Shown piece after piece: positions 51,301-64,000 of a stretch of DNA of 64,000 nucleotides. A program made the translations under genes and the position numbers. Positions within the stretch are counted from its first letter, which is position 1. The number at the start of each line of letters is the position of its first letter. The notes beneath the pieces were generated by a model. That model worked only from the letters and a program-made list of their open reading frames with translations. It did no database searches and was not told the origin of the DNA. Origin of the DNA: Mobula hypostoma (Eukaryota); contig NC_086097.1 of NCBI RefSeq assembly GCF_963921235.1, positions 228,224,001-228,288,000 of the forward strand, in the 5' to 3' direction.

Positions 51301-52750
51301 TCCTTTACCACTTCCCAGGGTGGGCTCTTAGTGGTCAGCCAAGGGGCTACTACTGAGGACTGTACCCTGCCTCTATCGCATCCTCCTCCTCTCTTACTGC
51401 TCTGATTAGCTCAACCATCGAGGGAGGGGGGGGCGCATCTTACGAAACATTCAGATCATGTCGTGTGACTGTACACCTTTCACCACTTGGTCCACTCTTA
51501 ACTGATTCACCTCAGCCGATTGAATGCTCTGCCCCCCCACACCACAAGCAACTCAGCTGCCTCTCTAACTGAAAAATGTAGGCAGAAAGTTTCTCCCACT
51601 TCTCCTGAAACATGTTCTGAAACCCTGTCATGAATTCCATTGGGCTCCCTGTCACACCAAAAGCATTTTCTAGCACTTGTATGTAGCCTGCAGAAGTAGC
51701 AAAGGGGTTCTGTGCCTTTAATGTTCTCACCACGTCAGCAGCCAGCCCCCTCAAACTCTCTACCAGTCGTTGTCTTTTTACATCGCCAGAGCACTGCCAT
51801 TCCTCCAAAAGCATCAGAGAGGTCTGCTCCACCTAAGACTCATAGTCCTCTTCCTCTTTAGGGTGGGCTTCATTCCCGAGAACATGCTGAGCCTACAATA
51901 ACTGGGACTTTGAACCAGGGCATTTTGCCATTTATTTGCCAGGTAGGTAAGGGCTGATACCAACTCAGAATGCTCACCCCTCGCTGGAGGACTCATTAGA
52001 CCCTCCACATCAGACCATTCCTTCCCCTCGCTCCGCAGAAACGAGAGCAACATGTCATTAAAGTCTCCGCCCCCAGCTAGGGGAGACTCTGCTTCTGATT
52101 CAGCATGCTTGCCTATACTCCCCTTCACCTGGAAACTATGCACAGCCCAAGGGCCCATCCTCCTCTCCCGGGGCCCCAATGGTACCAGGCAGATCTACGG
52201 CCGTTACATCAGCGCTAGTCTGAACGAAAAGGAAGTCTTTGCTGCAATTTTTTAAAACCACCGCTCTATGATCGTAACTGTTCTTTATGCTTTAACGGTA
52301 CTTAAAGTCCGAATTAACAATTCGTCGGGCATACGAATGCCTATCCCACTCAATACACATGCATTCGATACCGGTAACCCCGTGGATTTGCACCACCGCT
52401 CAATCCCCACAGTGTTCATAACTATGTATCTTAATCACTTTACCGGACAATAGTTTAACACAGGCTTAAACACACAACGCTCAGGGCAATCACATAGCAT
52501 CCAACGAAATCGATCCCGAATGAGCCCCCGCAACAGGTAAATGATAACATGATTCTTATTGAGTTTGTTTGACATGGAAAAATTAACACTGTTGCCAAAA
52601 GCAACCCAAGTTTAGGAAAAAGCTACTTGACATGATATCCAGAAAATGAAGCACGGACAATGTAACATGAAATACAGGAAATCTTCGTGGAGTTGGGCTG
52701 TTTAGTTACAATTTGACAAATGGGAGTGAGTGAAAATTTGAGGAGAATTA

Positions 52751-54340
52751 CAGTGCCTATAAAAGGTATTTCCCCCCCCCCCCCACTGGAAGTTTTCATG
52801 TTTTATTGTTTTACAACATTGAATCACATTCAATTTAATTTGGCTTTTTTAGCATTGATCAACAGAAAAAGTGAAAACAGATCTCTTGAAAGTGATCTAA
52901 ATTAATTACAAATGTAAAACACAAAATAATTAATTGATTAAGTATTCACCCCCTTCAAGTCAGTATTTTGTAGATGCACTTTTGGCAGCAATTACAAGTC
53001 TGTGTGGATAGGTGGATTGCATATCTGGACACTGCAATTTTTCCTCGTTCTTTATAAAACTGCTCAAGCTCTGTCAGATTGCATAGGGATGAAGAGTAAA
53101 CAGCCCTTTTCAAGTCCAGCCACAAATTCTCAATTGGATTGAGGTCTGATCTCTGACTTGGCCACTCCAAGATATTAACTTAGTTGTTTTTAAGCCATTC
53201 CTGTGTAGCTTTAGCTTTATGCTTGGGGTCATTGTCTTGCTGGAAAACAAATTTTCACCAAGTTGCAGTTTTCTTGCAGACTGCATCAAGGTTTCCTCCA
53301 GAATTTCCCTGCATTCAGTACATTCATTTCACACTTCACAAGCCTTCCAGAGCCTGCTGCAGTGAAGCATCCCCACAGCATGATGTAGCCATCACCATGC
53401 TACACAGAAGGGTGATGTGTTTATGATCATGTGCGGTGTTTGGCATAGCATTGTGCCTGATGACCAAAAAGCTCAATTTTGGTTTCATCAGACCATAGAA
53501 CCTTCTTCCAGCTGACTTCAGAGTCTCCTGCATGCCTTCTGGCAAATTCTGGCCAAGATTTCATGTGAGTTTTTTCAACAGTGCTTTCCTCTTTGACTTT
53601 CTTCCATAAAGCTGCGACAGGTGAAGCACCCTGGCAACAGTTGTTGAATGCTCAGTCTTTCCCGTTTCCGTCACTGAAGCTTATAACTTCTCCAGAGTTG
53701 TCATAGGTCTCTCAGTGGCCTCCCTCACTAGTCCCCTTCTTGCATGGTCACTCAGTGTTTGAGGATGACCTTCTGTAGGCAGGTTTACAGCTGGGCCATA
53801 TCCTTTCCATTTCATGATAACTGACTTAACTGTACTCTAAGGGATATTCAATGGCTTGGAAATTTTCTTGTGTCCATCTCCTGACTTGTGCTTTTCAAGA
53901 ACCTTTTCATGGAGTTGCTTGGAGTGTTCTTTTGTCTTTATGGTATAGTTTTTGCCCAGATATTAACTCACCAGAAGTTGGACCTTCCAGTACAGGTGTA
54001 TTTTCATTTCAGTCAATTGAGACGCCTTGACTGTGCACAGGTCTCCAAATACAGATCTCCATTTAACTGATTATGTGACTTCTACAACCAATTGGCTGTA
54101 CCAGTGATAATTTGGTGTGCCATATTAAAGGGAGTGAATACTTGTGCAATCAATTATTTTGTGTTTTATATTTGTAATAGTTTTGATCACTTTGTAGAGA
54201 TTTGTTTTCATTTTGACACAGAAGAGTCTCTTTCTGTTGATCAGTGTCAGAAAATCCACATTAGATCCACTGTGATTCAATGTTGTAAAACAATAAAACA
54301 TGAAAACTTCCAAGGGGGTGAATACTTTTCATAGGCACTG
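52751..54340 (-). mobile_element. Tc1-like DNA transposon, full length, degenerate
   Basis: TA TSD and long TIRs starting cagtgcctat. Transposase remnant EWPSQRSDLNPIENLWLDLK. Confidence 0.92.
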
Positions 54341-54703
54341 TATCTTAAAAATAACTGATAACCAGGACTGAGACTGGAATTCAGTTAAAGGTCTATGGTA
54401 ATTATATATAGAATATAAAACATTTTAGGAATGCCTTACAGGCCAAGTCTAATTGAGGGATTCTGAAAGTTTGTATACTGAATATTAGTTAACCAAGAGT
54501 GCATTACAGGTGGATTTAATTGTGAAATTCTCAGGATTATATGTTGAAAACAGAGAAACAGAAAACAATACACTGCAAATGTTAGCATCTGGAACAACAA
54601 TATGTTGAATGAACTCAGCAAGTCGAACAATATCTGTATGGGTGAGGGTGGGTGGGAGAGGAAGCGTCGGCATTTCAGGTCAAAACCATGCATTAGGACT
54701 TAA

Positions 54704-55471
54704 GGCTGATTTATACTTATGTGTTAAATCGACGCCGTAGGTACGGCGTAGCTGCGAACCCTGCACTGTACTCTGCTCAAACCCTACACCGTAGCCTATC
54801 GCGCACCTCTCCCAAAATGTAGCTACACGTCGTGGCAACGAGGACCGCAACAACTGTGATTGGTCGATTTGGTAGCGTCGCATTTCCTCCTAGCTGCAAT
54901 AGTTTCCCATTGGGCGACTGAAGGGCAGGAAAGGAACTCTGGCTGCAGTGCTTTCCATAAAGCTTTACTGCTTTCCGAAATTATGGAGAACACATTTCGC
55001 TTTTTACGAAAGACCTACATTAGTACCTGTTTTCCTTAACTGAAAGAGGATTTTCGCTTTTACGAAAAAAGACACTTGCTTTAAACTTGTTTACCCCGAG
55101 AAAGACTACCATGACCATGAAGCCTTGCACGGGCAGGTGTGTGCGCATGCGTGTACGTGCCAATTTTTTTCGACAAATCAATTTTGGCTCAAAATTCCCT
55201 ATTCTGTTATGTGACACTACGCTGTACATACAGAAAATTCACCCTCCTTCTGTTTCAGTCGCCATTGTTTGAAGTTTGAGTTTCTTCGTGTTGAGTTTCA
55301 ACATGAAGAAACTCAACACAGTGGTATAGAAACCCCACCACCAGCTTGCGTTTTGGCGGTGAATTGCAGCGCGAAGCAGACGCACCAACGCACAAGTATA
55401 AATACTCACAACGGCGTAGCCCACTTGTGTAGGCTATGGTGTAAGCTAGTACGCACAAGTATAACTCAGCC
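54704..55471. mobile_element. MITE-like element with TTAA flanks (superfamily unassigned)
   Basis: ttaa|ggctgatttatacttatgtg ... cacaagtataactcagcc|ttaa. Inserted in an old Penelope-like remnant (about 54570-56760). Confidence 0.75.
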
Positions 55472-57153
55472 TTAAGAGTGGGGAAGGAAGATAGGCTGCA
55501 TAAAGAGCAGAGAGGGAGTGGTGAGGCAAGGGCTGGTAGGTAATTGGTGGACCAAAGAGCATGACAGCTAGATCGAACCGGGAAGGGGAAGGGTAGAGTT
55601 GGGAGATGGAGACAAGTAAATAATAGAGAGAAGCAGATTGTTTTTGAAAATGCAGATGTAGCCAGCTGGGGGCATGTGAAGGTGAAGATGGAGTCAGCTA
55701 GGAGGATGGGAAGCAGGAACAGAAAGGCTACCATTGTAATTTGATAAATAACAAGTCTTTTGGAGAAAGGACCAAGAACTGGAGGCTGGATGCTGATGAG
55801 TTAAATATATAGATAACAGGTGGATGGAAACCAAAGGAGAAGGGTGGAGGGGAATGAAAGTTAATGATGGAGAGCTGGGGGGGTGCGGGGGGGGGTGGTA
55901 TCCAGGAAAAGGGTCAAAAGTAGCAGAGGGAGAGATGGAGGAGGGGAGGTTAACACACCAGAAGGGAGAGTAACCTGAGATTGAAAAAATCCCACAGAAG
56001 GAGGAGTCCCTGCAGAAGGCAGAGGGAGTGGGGAGGAGAAGATGTTGGCTTGCATTGGGATTGTGTTGCAGCTGGCAGAAATGGATGAAGAATGATGGGC
56101 TGGATGCGGAGACTAGTGGGGTGAAAAGGGAACTGTGTCTGTGTTTTGTTTGGAGGAAGGTGGGGGGAGAGAAGAACCTTATTGAAACAGGAATGTGAGA
56201 GCATTCTCTATCAATAACATTAAAAGGAAAGCCATTTTTCATGAAAAAGGCATTTTAGATATGTTGGAATGCGGTGCTTCACATTGGGAGTAGTTGGGGG
56301 CAGAAGCAGAAAATCTGGGAGAAAGGGATGACATCCTTACAAGGATAGGCTGGAAAGGAGTGCAATCTGGATAGCTATAGGGGCTAATAGGTTTATAGTA
56401 AGTGTAATTTGTAAATGTAATAGTAATTTGTCTCGAGATGGAATTGGAGAAATCTAGAAAAGAGAGAGAAGATATCCAAGTGAATTTAAGAGTGGGGTGG
56501 AAGTTGGTAGTGAAGGTGATAAAATTGACAAGTTCTCCATAGTAATGAAAAAGGAATTAGGGAATGAAAGTTTGTAGCAGGCAATGTTTCAGATAGCCAA
56601 TTAGGGTAAGTGCCCTTCAATTTGTAGGAAGTGAAACAAGTCAAAAGCAAAATTGTTCAGGGTAAGAATAAGTTCAGCCAGGCAGACGAGTATTTGTAGA
56701 GGGGATCTGCTTGGATTCAGATAATCAGGAATGAGTTAAGGACTCTTTTGTGGGCCAGTAGCTGCAGTTGCTTGTTTTTGAAACAATACCTGCTGGCCAC
56801 ATTTTGTGCATCATCTGATAGTTCATAGCATAGTCGAGGTAGATTAATCTAAATATCACAATATGGTAGAATCATTTACCACAAGTAAATAATATAGGTA
56901 GAATATTATAGTCACCTTATTAAGTTTGTCTTTGTTATAATTTTGTTATAAGAAAGGTTTGTTATACCCTGAATTATGCTTTCCATTTGAAAGGTAATAT
57001 AATCACAAATTTTAATTGGTCTTGAAATTAATATAATTTTTGGGAAAACATACAAAAACCATTTAGGAGATTGAAGACTGGGGTTAATTTAATAGTTTGC
57101 CTTTGTGGATAATTAGTTACTTGTAGTCTAATGTTGGTTTTCTGATTTTAAAG

Positions 57154-57221
57154 GTGGAAAAGTTGAGAGTAATTTGATACCTTGCAGAACTTGTGGAAGA
57201 ACTTTTTTGGCAGCAACACGG
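57154..57221 (+). CDS. ZC2HC1A: ZC2HC1A-like coding exon 2 (first CxxC half of a C2HC zinc finger)
   Basis: Branch-point-like ctaat at about 57128, a T-rich tract, acceptor aaag|, and donor CGG|gtaagt. The 68-nt exon encodes (G)GKVESNLIPCRTCGRTFLAATR, matching the LxPCxxCGRTF motif. Exon 3 (KKHGPICQK-like) was not found in the window. Paralog ZC2HC1B is not fully excluded. Confidence 0.85.
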
Positions 57222-57339
57222 GTAAGTTACAATATTATATGAATTTCCTTGTATTCTTTACTATTCCTTAGTGATTATTGTGTTGTGAGATGATTCAACT
57301 CTTTTGGGACTGCGAATTGCTAATTAGATATGATAAATA

Positions 57340-58038
57340 AAGTGGATTCCAATTAATTGGGCCATCGATTCATAGTGGCAGCTGCTTATTTGGAACACTC
57401 TGCCACTTAATTTGGGCAGGAGACTGTTGCTTAACAGGTTCTAACTAGTGTCAGTTTCGTGTGGCGGTTAGACACTACACCATGCTTAGGGCAAACAGTT
57501 TTTAAATAGCGTCAGTTGTGTCTTTTTGTGTTCGAAAACAGTGATTTTGTCACTGATAGCAGGTGAGAAATAAGCAGCAAGACAAATCTGAACTGTTTTG
57601 CTCACTGTGGTTTCGAGCTTGGAGGTGCCTGAAATGACCAGAGGTGAAAATAAAACAATTTCACTACTTCAGTCAGTTGAGAACTGTGAAGAATTTGAAG
57701 GTATCGACAATCATCTAAATTTTACAATGAAAGTGAAGATTTGGAGGATGTAATTGCCGATAACATTGTATGAAGGCAGTCCATTATCTGCACCAGTTGC
57801 CTGTACTGATTTTATTCATTACATACACTGCATGAATTCTGCTATTGATAACTATTAGGGACTAATACAGTTTCATACTAATTTGTTCCGTATTTCATTG
57901 AAATACTTGTTGCTCAGTTTGTCTTTTTTTTAATATACCTTTTTAACTATTTCCTTGAAACTTGGGCTATTTGATGCAGCCACTTAAGTGGTCAAAATGG
58001 ACTGGTCGTGATGTGACCCAATTAACTGGAACCTACTA
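57340..58038. mobile_element. Tc1/pogo-type non-autonomous element
   Basis: Degenerate TIRs agtggattccaattaattggg ... cccaattaactggaacctact, with TA at the left flank. Confidence 0.6.
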
Positions 58039-58435
58039 TTATTTAAACATATTGTAGGGAAGCATTTGTAATATATTTTTCATGTTCAATCTAGAATGTA
58101 TGTCTTTATTTATAAAGTGATAAAAAACATTTAGGTGAACTTTATGCAGTGAGAAGATGCTCAGATAATTAAAAAAATGTCATAGTGATGACTTGTCCAA
58201 CTAATTCAGCCAACTTCATGTGTATGACTGTGAAAGACTTTTGTAAGGATTTTTATGTAACATTAAACTTACTTTCTTTTTCAAGTTGGTTGTTCTGATT
58301 TCAAGATACAGATTTACATTAATAATTTTTGAGTGCCTAGACTGTAATGCGAAAATGGCAACAGCTTTGTGGTAATTATCTATCCAATATTACTGGCAAA
58401 TTACATCACTGAACATTGAAACAAATAGCGGTATA

Positions 58436-60020
58436 CAGGGCCTTGCAAAAAGATTCAGCTCTAACTCTTTGTTCACATAAATAAGTATTGTAACCAGGGA
58501 TTTTGATCAATTTGATCAATTTAATAGAGAATTTTTATTTGTGAATCACATGCCCCTTTAATCATAGTAGAATGCAAAGAGCAAGGAAAATTGCATAAAA
58601 ATCTAAAAATTCAAAAACGGAAATGTCAGCAGTTCAAAAGTATTCATCCCAGTACTTGGGACTTAAGCTCAGTACTTAGTGGAACCACCTCTCGCAACTA
58701 TTACAACCAGCAGTCTTTTTAGATAAGTCTCTTTTGGCTTTGCACAATGCAATGGAGCAAGATTTGCCCATTCCTCCTTGCAAAATTGCTCAAGCTGGGC
58801 CAGGTTAGTTGGGGAGAGGCGGATCAACAATCTTGGGGTCTTCCCAGAGATGTTCGATCGGGTTAAGGTCAGGACTCTGACTGTGCTACTCAAGGACATC
58901 AATTTTCTTCATTTGAAGGCACTCCATAGTTGCTCTACCAGTGTGCTTTAGGTCATTATCCTGCTGAAAAAATGAACTTCCTCCCCACTTTAAGCTTTAT
59001 GGCAAGGGCTAGCAGATTTTTATTCATGATTCTCTGTGTGGTTAGGAACATTCATCTTCATGTCAATCCTGATCATATTTCCAGTTCCTGCTACTGAAAA
59101 GCATCCCCATAGCATGATGCTACCTCCACCATACTTTGCAGTAGGGATGGTGTTACCTGGTTGATGTGCAGTATAACACGTACTGCTTGGTGTTGAGACC
59201 AAAATGTTCTATTTTAATTCAACTGACCACAAGACCTTCTTTCTCATTGTTACAGTATCTTTTAAGTGATGCTTTGCTAAGTTTTTACAAGCAGCAAGGA
59301 TATGCTTTCTTTTAAAGCCAGGGCTTCTTCCTTGCCATTCTTCATAATACCTTTTTGTGCAAGTTTTTAGAGATTGTGGAGCCACTAACTTCTGCAACTC
59401 ACTCAAAGTGACTGTTGGCATCACAGTAGCCTCTCTTAGAAGTGCCATTCTTTTCCAGCGAATACGTTTAGAAGGGTGGCCTGACCTAGGCAGTGTGATT
59501 GTGGTTTCATATTTTTTCCAGTTTTTCATGATGGACTGCACCGAGGTCCAAGGTATGTTCAATGCCGTTGAGATGGTCTTGTACCCTTCTCCAGATTTAT
59601 ATTCCTGTATTATCATTTCCCTGACTTGTTTTGAATGCTCTTTTGTCTTCATTTTTGTTTTGTCTGTTGAAAATGTACCATACTGTTGGACCTTAGAGAG
59701 AGGGGGTATGAATTCATTGAAAACAGGTGATCCTCCAATTTTCTACATCAACAAATTGGGAAAGTTGGTAAGGTAATATATTGCACCTGAGGAAAGTTAG
59801 CATAGTAATTATGAAAAGTTGAATACTTTTTCGGCCTCACAATTTTGGTTTTTAATTTTTAGTAAATTACTGACAGGTTTTGGAACTTTTCTATTGATTT
59901 CACATGATGCACAATGTTTTAAAGATTGGCTCAAAATCCTCAAATATATTTTAAATTCAGAAAATGAGATAGTAAAATGTGAACATATTTGTGAGGTCCG
60001 AATACTTTTCCAAGGCACTA
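58436..60020 (-). mobile_element. Second Tc1-like transposon, degenerate
   Basis: TA-flanked TIRs cagggccttgcaaaaagattc / gaatacttttccaaggcact. Transposase MKTKEHSKQVRE..SGEGYKTIS and [13 protein letters not shown]. Confidence 0.92.
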
Positions 60021-60929
60021 TATGTCAGATCTTGCCAAAAGGTTTTGCTCAATGGAATGCTGTAGATAAACTACCCAAGAGGCTGTGACTCTATTCCTTT
60101 TGGCTCATTCTGATAGGCCACTGTGGTAACAATATTTTTGGCTCTGGGTTTGAATCTAGCTGGGTTAATGGGAAAAACTCTGTCTGCTGTCCTACAAGAA
60201 TTCATTTTGAGTTATCTTTGTCCAAACTAACTGTGCAAACATGATAAAGCTAATATCTCTTGGGCCTCGTTTAGTACCATATTGTTACTTTTATAGAGAA
60301 TGCCAGTGAATTCAGGCAGTAAAAATTATCACATCAAAGCCGGTTCGATCATGGAGTTGAGTCACTTTATTCAGAGAGCGAACTGGTGTTTTAAATCTGT
60401 GTACATTGAGTTACACAGAACACATTAATTGTACTATCACTATTACTCTGCTTTGTTCCAAACACTAAAGAAAGAAACAAACTGGAGGAATTCGGGGTTA
60501 GGCAGCATCAATGGAGGGAAATTAAGAATTGACATCTTGGGTTGCAATCCTTCATTTGTATTGAGTCGTAATGGTGGCCAGTATGAAGAGGTGAGGGGAA
60601 GGCGTGGAGCAAGAAAGTGATATATGGATCTGTTAGAAAGGGTGTCAGGCAGGCAGAGGAGGACAGAGTTGAAATAGCAACAGAAGCTGTGTAGTGAAAG
60701 CTGGAGGTGACAAATCAATACACACAGGATGTCTTATGGCCAAATGAATAGATAAGAAAGGAAGATGGAACATGGAAGCACATAAGAGAAGTAGGGTGGG
60801 AAGATTGGAGCACTAGGGAGAGGAAACCTAGTGGGAGGAATGGATGGGCAGAGGTGGAGTGGTTGTGAAAAGGAAAGAAACCAGGAATCTGTGGTGGGTA
60901 CAGGAAGAACTCGGTAGACCCAGAGAAAA

Positions 60930-63747
60930 ACATAGAAAACATAGAAAATAGGTGCAGGAGTAGGCCATTCGGCCCTTCGAGCCTGCACCGCCATTTATTA
61001 TGATCATGGCTGATCATCCAACTCAGAACCCCGCCCCAGCCTTCCCTCCATACCCCTTGACCCCTATAGCCACAAGGGCCATATCTAACTCCCTCTTAAA
61101 CATAGCCAATGAACTGGCCTCAACAGTTTGCTGTGGCAGAGAATTCCACAGATTCACCACTCTCTGTGTGAAGAAGTTTTTCCTAATCTCGGTCCTAAAA
61201 GGCTTCCCCTCTATCCTCAAACTGTGACCCCTCGTTCTGGACTTCCCCAACATCGGGAACAATCTTCCTGCATCTAGCCTGTCCAATCCCTTTAGGATCT
61301 TATACGTTTCAATCAGATCCCCCCTCAATCTTCTGAATTCCAACGAGTACAAGCCCAGTTCATCCAGTCTTTCTTCATATGAAAGTCCTGCCATCCCAGG
61401 AATCAATCTGGTGAACCTTCTTTGTACTCCCTCTATGGCAAAGATGTCTTTCCTCAGATTAGGGGACCAAAACTGCACACAATACTCCAGGTGTGGTCTC
61501 ACCAAGACCTTGTACAACTGCAGTAGTACCTCCCTGCTCCTGTACTCGAATCCTCTCGCTATAAATGCCAGCATACCATTCGCCTTTTTCACCGCCTGCT
61601 GTACCTGCATGCCCACTTTCAATGACTGGTGTATAATGACACCCAGGTCTCGTTGCACCTCCCCTTTTCCTAATCGGCCACCATTCAGATAATAATCTGT
61701 TTTCCTATTTTTGCCACCAAAGTGGATGACTTCACATTTATCCACATTAAATTGCATCTGCCATGAGTTTGCCCACTCACCCAACCTATCCAAGTCACCC
61801 TGCATCCTCTTAGCATCCTCCTCACTGCTAACACTGCCGCCCAGCTTCGTGTCATCCGCAAACTTGGAGATGCTGCATTTAATTCCCTCATCCAAGTCAT
61901 TAATATATATTGTAAACAACTGGGGTCCCAGCACTGAGCCTTGCGGTACCCCACTAGTCACCGCCTGCCATTCTGAAAAGGTCCCGTTTATTCCCACTCT
62001 TTGCTTCCTGTCTGCTAACCAATTCTCCACCCACATCAATACCTTACCCCTAATACCGTGTGCTTTAAGTTTGCACACTAATCTCCTGTGTGGGACCTTG
62101 TCAAAAGCCTTTTGAAAATCCAAATATACCACATCCACTGGTTCTCCCCTATCCACTCTACTAGTTACATCCTCAAAAAATTCTATGAGATTCGTCAGAC
62201 ATGATTTTCCTTTCACAAATCCATGCTGACTTTGTCCGATCATTTCTCCGCTTTCCAAATGTGCTGTTATCACATCCTTGATAACTGACTCCAGCAGTTT
62301 CCCCACCACCGACGTTAGGCTAACCGGTCTATAATTCCCCGGTTTCTCTCTCCCTCCTTTTTTAAAAAGTGGGGTTACATTAGCCACTCTCCAATCCTCA
62401 GGAACTAGTCCAGAATCTAACGAGTTTTGAAAAATTATCACTAATGCATCCACTATTTCTTGGGCTACTTCCTTAAGCACTCTAGGATGCAGACCATCTG
62501 GCCCTGGGGATTTATCTGCCTTCAATCCCTTCAATTTACCTAACACCACTTCCCTACTAACATGTATTTCACTCAGTTCCTCCATCTCACTGGACCCTCT
62601 GTCCCTTACTATTTCTGGAAGATTATTTATGTCCTCCTTAGTGAAGACAGAACCAAAGTAATTATTCAATTGGTCTGCCATGTCCTTGCTCCCCATAATC
62701 AATTCACCTGTTTCTGTCTGCAGGGGACCTACATTTATCTTTACCAGTCTTTTCCTTTTTACGTATCTATAAAAGCTTTTACAGTCTGTTTTTATGTTCC
62801 CTGCCAGTTTTCTCTCAAAATCTTTTTTCCCCTTCCTAATTAAGCCCTTTGTCCTCCTCTGCTGAACTCTGAATTTCTCCCAGTCCTCAGGTGAGCCACT
62901 TTCTCTGGCTAATTTGTATGCTACTTCTTTGGAATTGATACTATCCCTAATTTCTCTTGTCAGCCACGGGTGCACTACCTTCCTTGATTTATTCTTTTGC
63001 CAAACTGGGATGAACAATTGTTGTAGTTCATCCATGCAACCTTTAAATGCTTGCCATTGCATATCCACCGTCAATCCTTTAAGTGTCATTTGCCAGTCTA
63101 TCTTAGCTAATTCACGTCTCATACCTTCAAAGTTACCCCTCTTTAAGTTCAGAACCTTTGTTTCTGAATTAACTATGTCACTCTCCATATTAATGAAGAA
63201 TTCCACCATATTATGGTCACTCTTACCCAAGGGGCCTCTCACGACAAGATCGCTAATTAAACCTTCCTCATTGCTCAAAACCCAGTCCAGAATAGCCTGC
63301 TCTCTAGTTGGTTCCTCGACATGGTTCAAAAAACCACCCCGCATACATTCCAAGAAATCCTCTTCCTCAGCACCTTTACCAATTTGGTTCACCCAGTCTA
63401 CATGTAGATTGAAGTCACCCATTATAACTGCTGTTCCTTTATTGCACACATTTCTAATTTCCTGTTTAATACCATCTCCGACCTCACTACTACTGTTAGG
63501 TGGCCTGTACACAACTCCCACCAGCGTCTTCTGCCCCTTAGTGTTACGCAGCTCTACCCATATCGATTCCACATCTTCCCGGCTTATGTCCTTCCTTTCT
63601 ATTGCGTTAATCTCTTCTTTAACCAGCAACGCCACCCCACCTCCCCTTCCTTCATGTCTATCCCTCCTGAATATTGAATATCCCTGAACGTTGAGCTCCC
63701 ATCCCTGGTCACCCTGGAGCCATGTCTCTGTGATCCCAACTATATCA
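60930..63747 (-). mobile_element. Young CR1 with an uninterrupted APE-RT frame, 5'-truncated within APE
   Basis: 870-aa ORF 61023-63635; the frame stays open upstream to DIVGITETWL at the junction. Tail is (catagaaaa)n. Inserted in a Penelope-like remnant (about 60470-64000). Confidence 0.95.
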
Positions 63748-64000
63748 GAAGAGAGAAAAGAGACAGTTTACCTGAAATTGGAGAATCCAGTGTTCATAAC
63801 CATTGCATTGTAGACTGTCCAAGTGGAATATGAGGTGGTGTCTTCTAGTTGATGTTTAGCCTCACGGTGGCAGTTAAAGAGGCTGAGGAAAGACACTTTG
63901 GTGTGGAAGTGCTGAAGTGAATTAAAATGGCTGTCAACCAAGAAAAGGACAAGGTGGACAAAGTGGTTCCTAGTCTGTGCTTTGAATCACTGATGAGACC

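Larger units (their letters stand above)
42524..52530 (-). mobile_element. Degenerate Gypsy LTR retrotransposon with PNMA-like gag, split by two CR1s
   Basis: tRNA-Pro-like PBS at about 52513-52530. gag (RLSMFSG..., EQTSLMLEEWQCS..VKRQRLVESLRGLA); protease (AILDTGSQVT, about 50900-50940); RT (ASPIVVARKKNG); integrase (IHCD...F.SRLIQE, SRTTP.QPQGDPQSERFN). PPT at about 42986-43000 with an LTR remnant to its left. 5' LTR not found. Confidence 0.88.

Noticed and set aside
62914..63687. 257-aa plus-strand ORF and similar antisense ORFs (6504-6908, 61711-62115, 27128-27526)
   Set aside because: Antisense shadows of CR1 ORF2.
1..64000. CRISPR array, operon or prokaryotic defence system
   Set aside because: Eukaryotic intron/TE landscape with no regularly spaced repeat-spacer array.

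Overview
Vertebrate genomic DNA, probably from a cartilaginous fish such as a ray (inferred from the HE1-like SINE and the CR1/Penelope/Tc1 repertoire). Most of the window is nested transposable elements, and nearly every ORF in the supplied track is TE-derived or spurious. Manual reading found two host-gene loci that the ORF track misses. (1) ZC2HC1A (FAM164A)-like gene on the + strand: a CpG-island promoter at about 18.4-18.85 kb (RFX X-box, E2F, GC boxes), coding exon 1 at 18826-18850, a 38.3-kb TE-filled intron, and exon 2 at 57154-57221. (2) Adenosine deaminase (ADA)-like gene on the - strand, pointing away from that promoter: only exons equivalent to human ADA exon 9 (9194-9261) and exon 10 (4598-4726, with a 1-nt frameshift) are recognisable. 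This may be a decaying whole-genome-duplication paralog of ADA. The most unusual mobile DNA is an LTR-retrotransposon derivative at 29546-32400, with two inverted U3 ends inside one 4-bp TSD and two tandem U5-end/PBS modules (tRNA-Gln-like, then tRNA-Pro-like). There is also a perfect 69-bp templated inverted insertion in ZC2HC1A intron 1 and a five-level TE nest. Family assignments come from recalled motifs, not database searches, and boundaries without a TSD are approximate.
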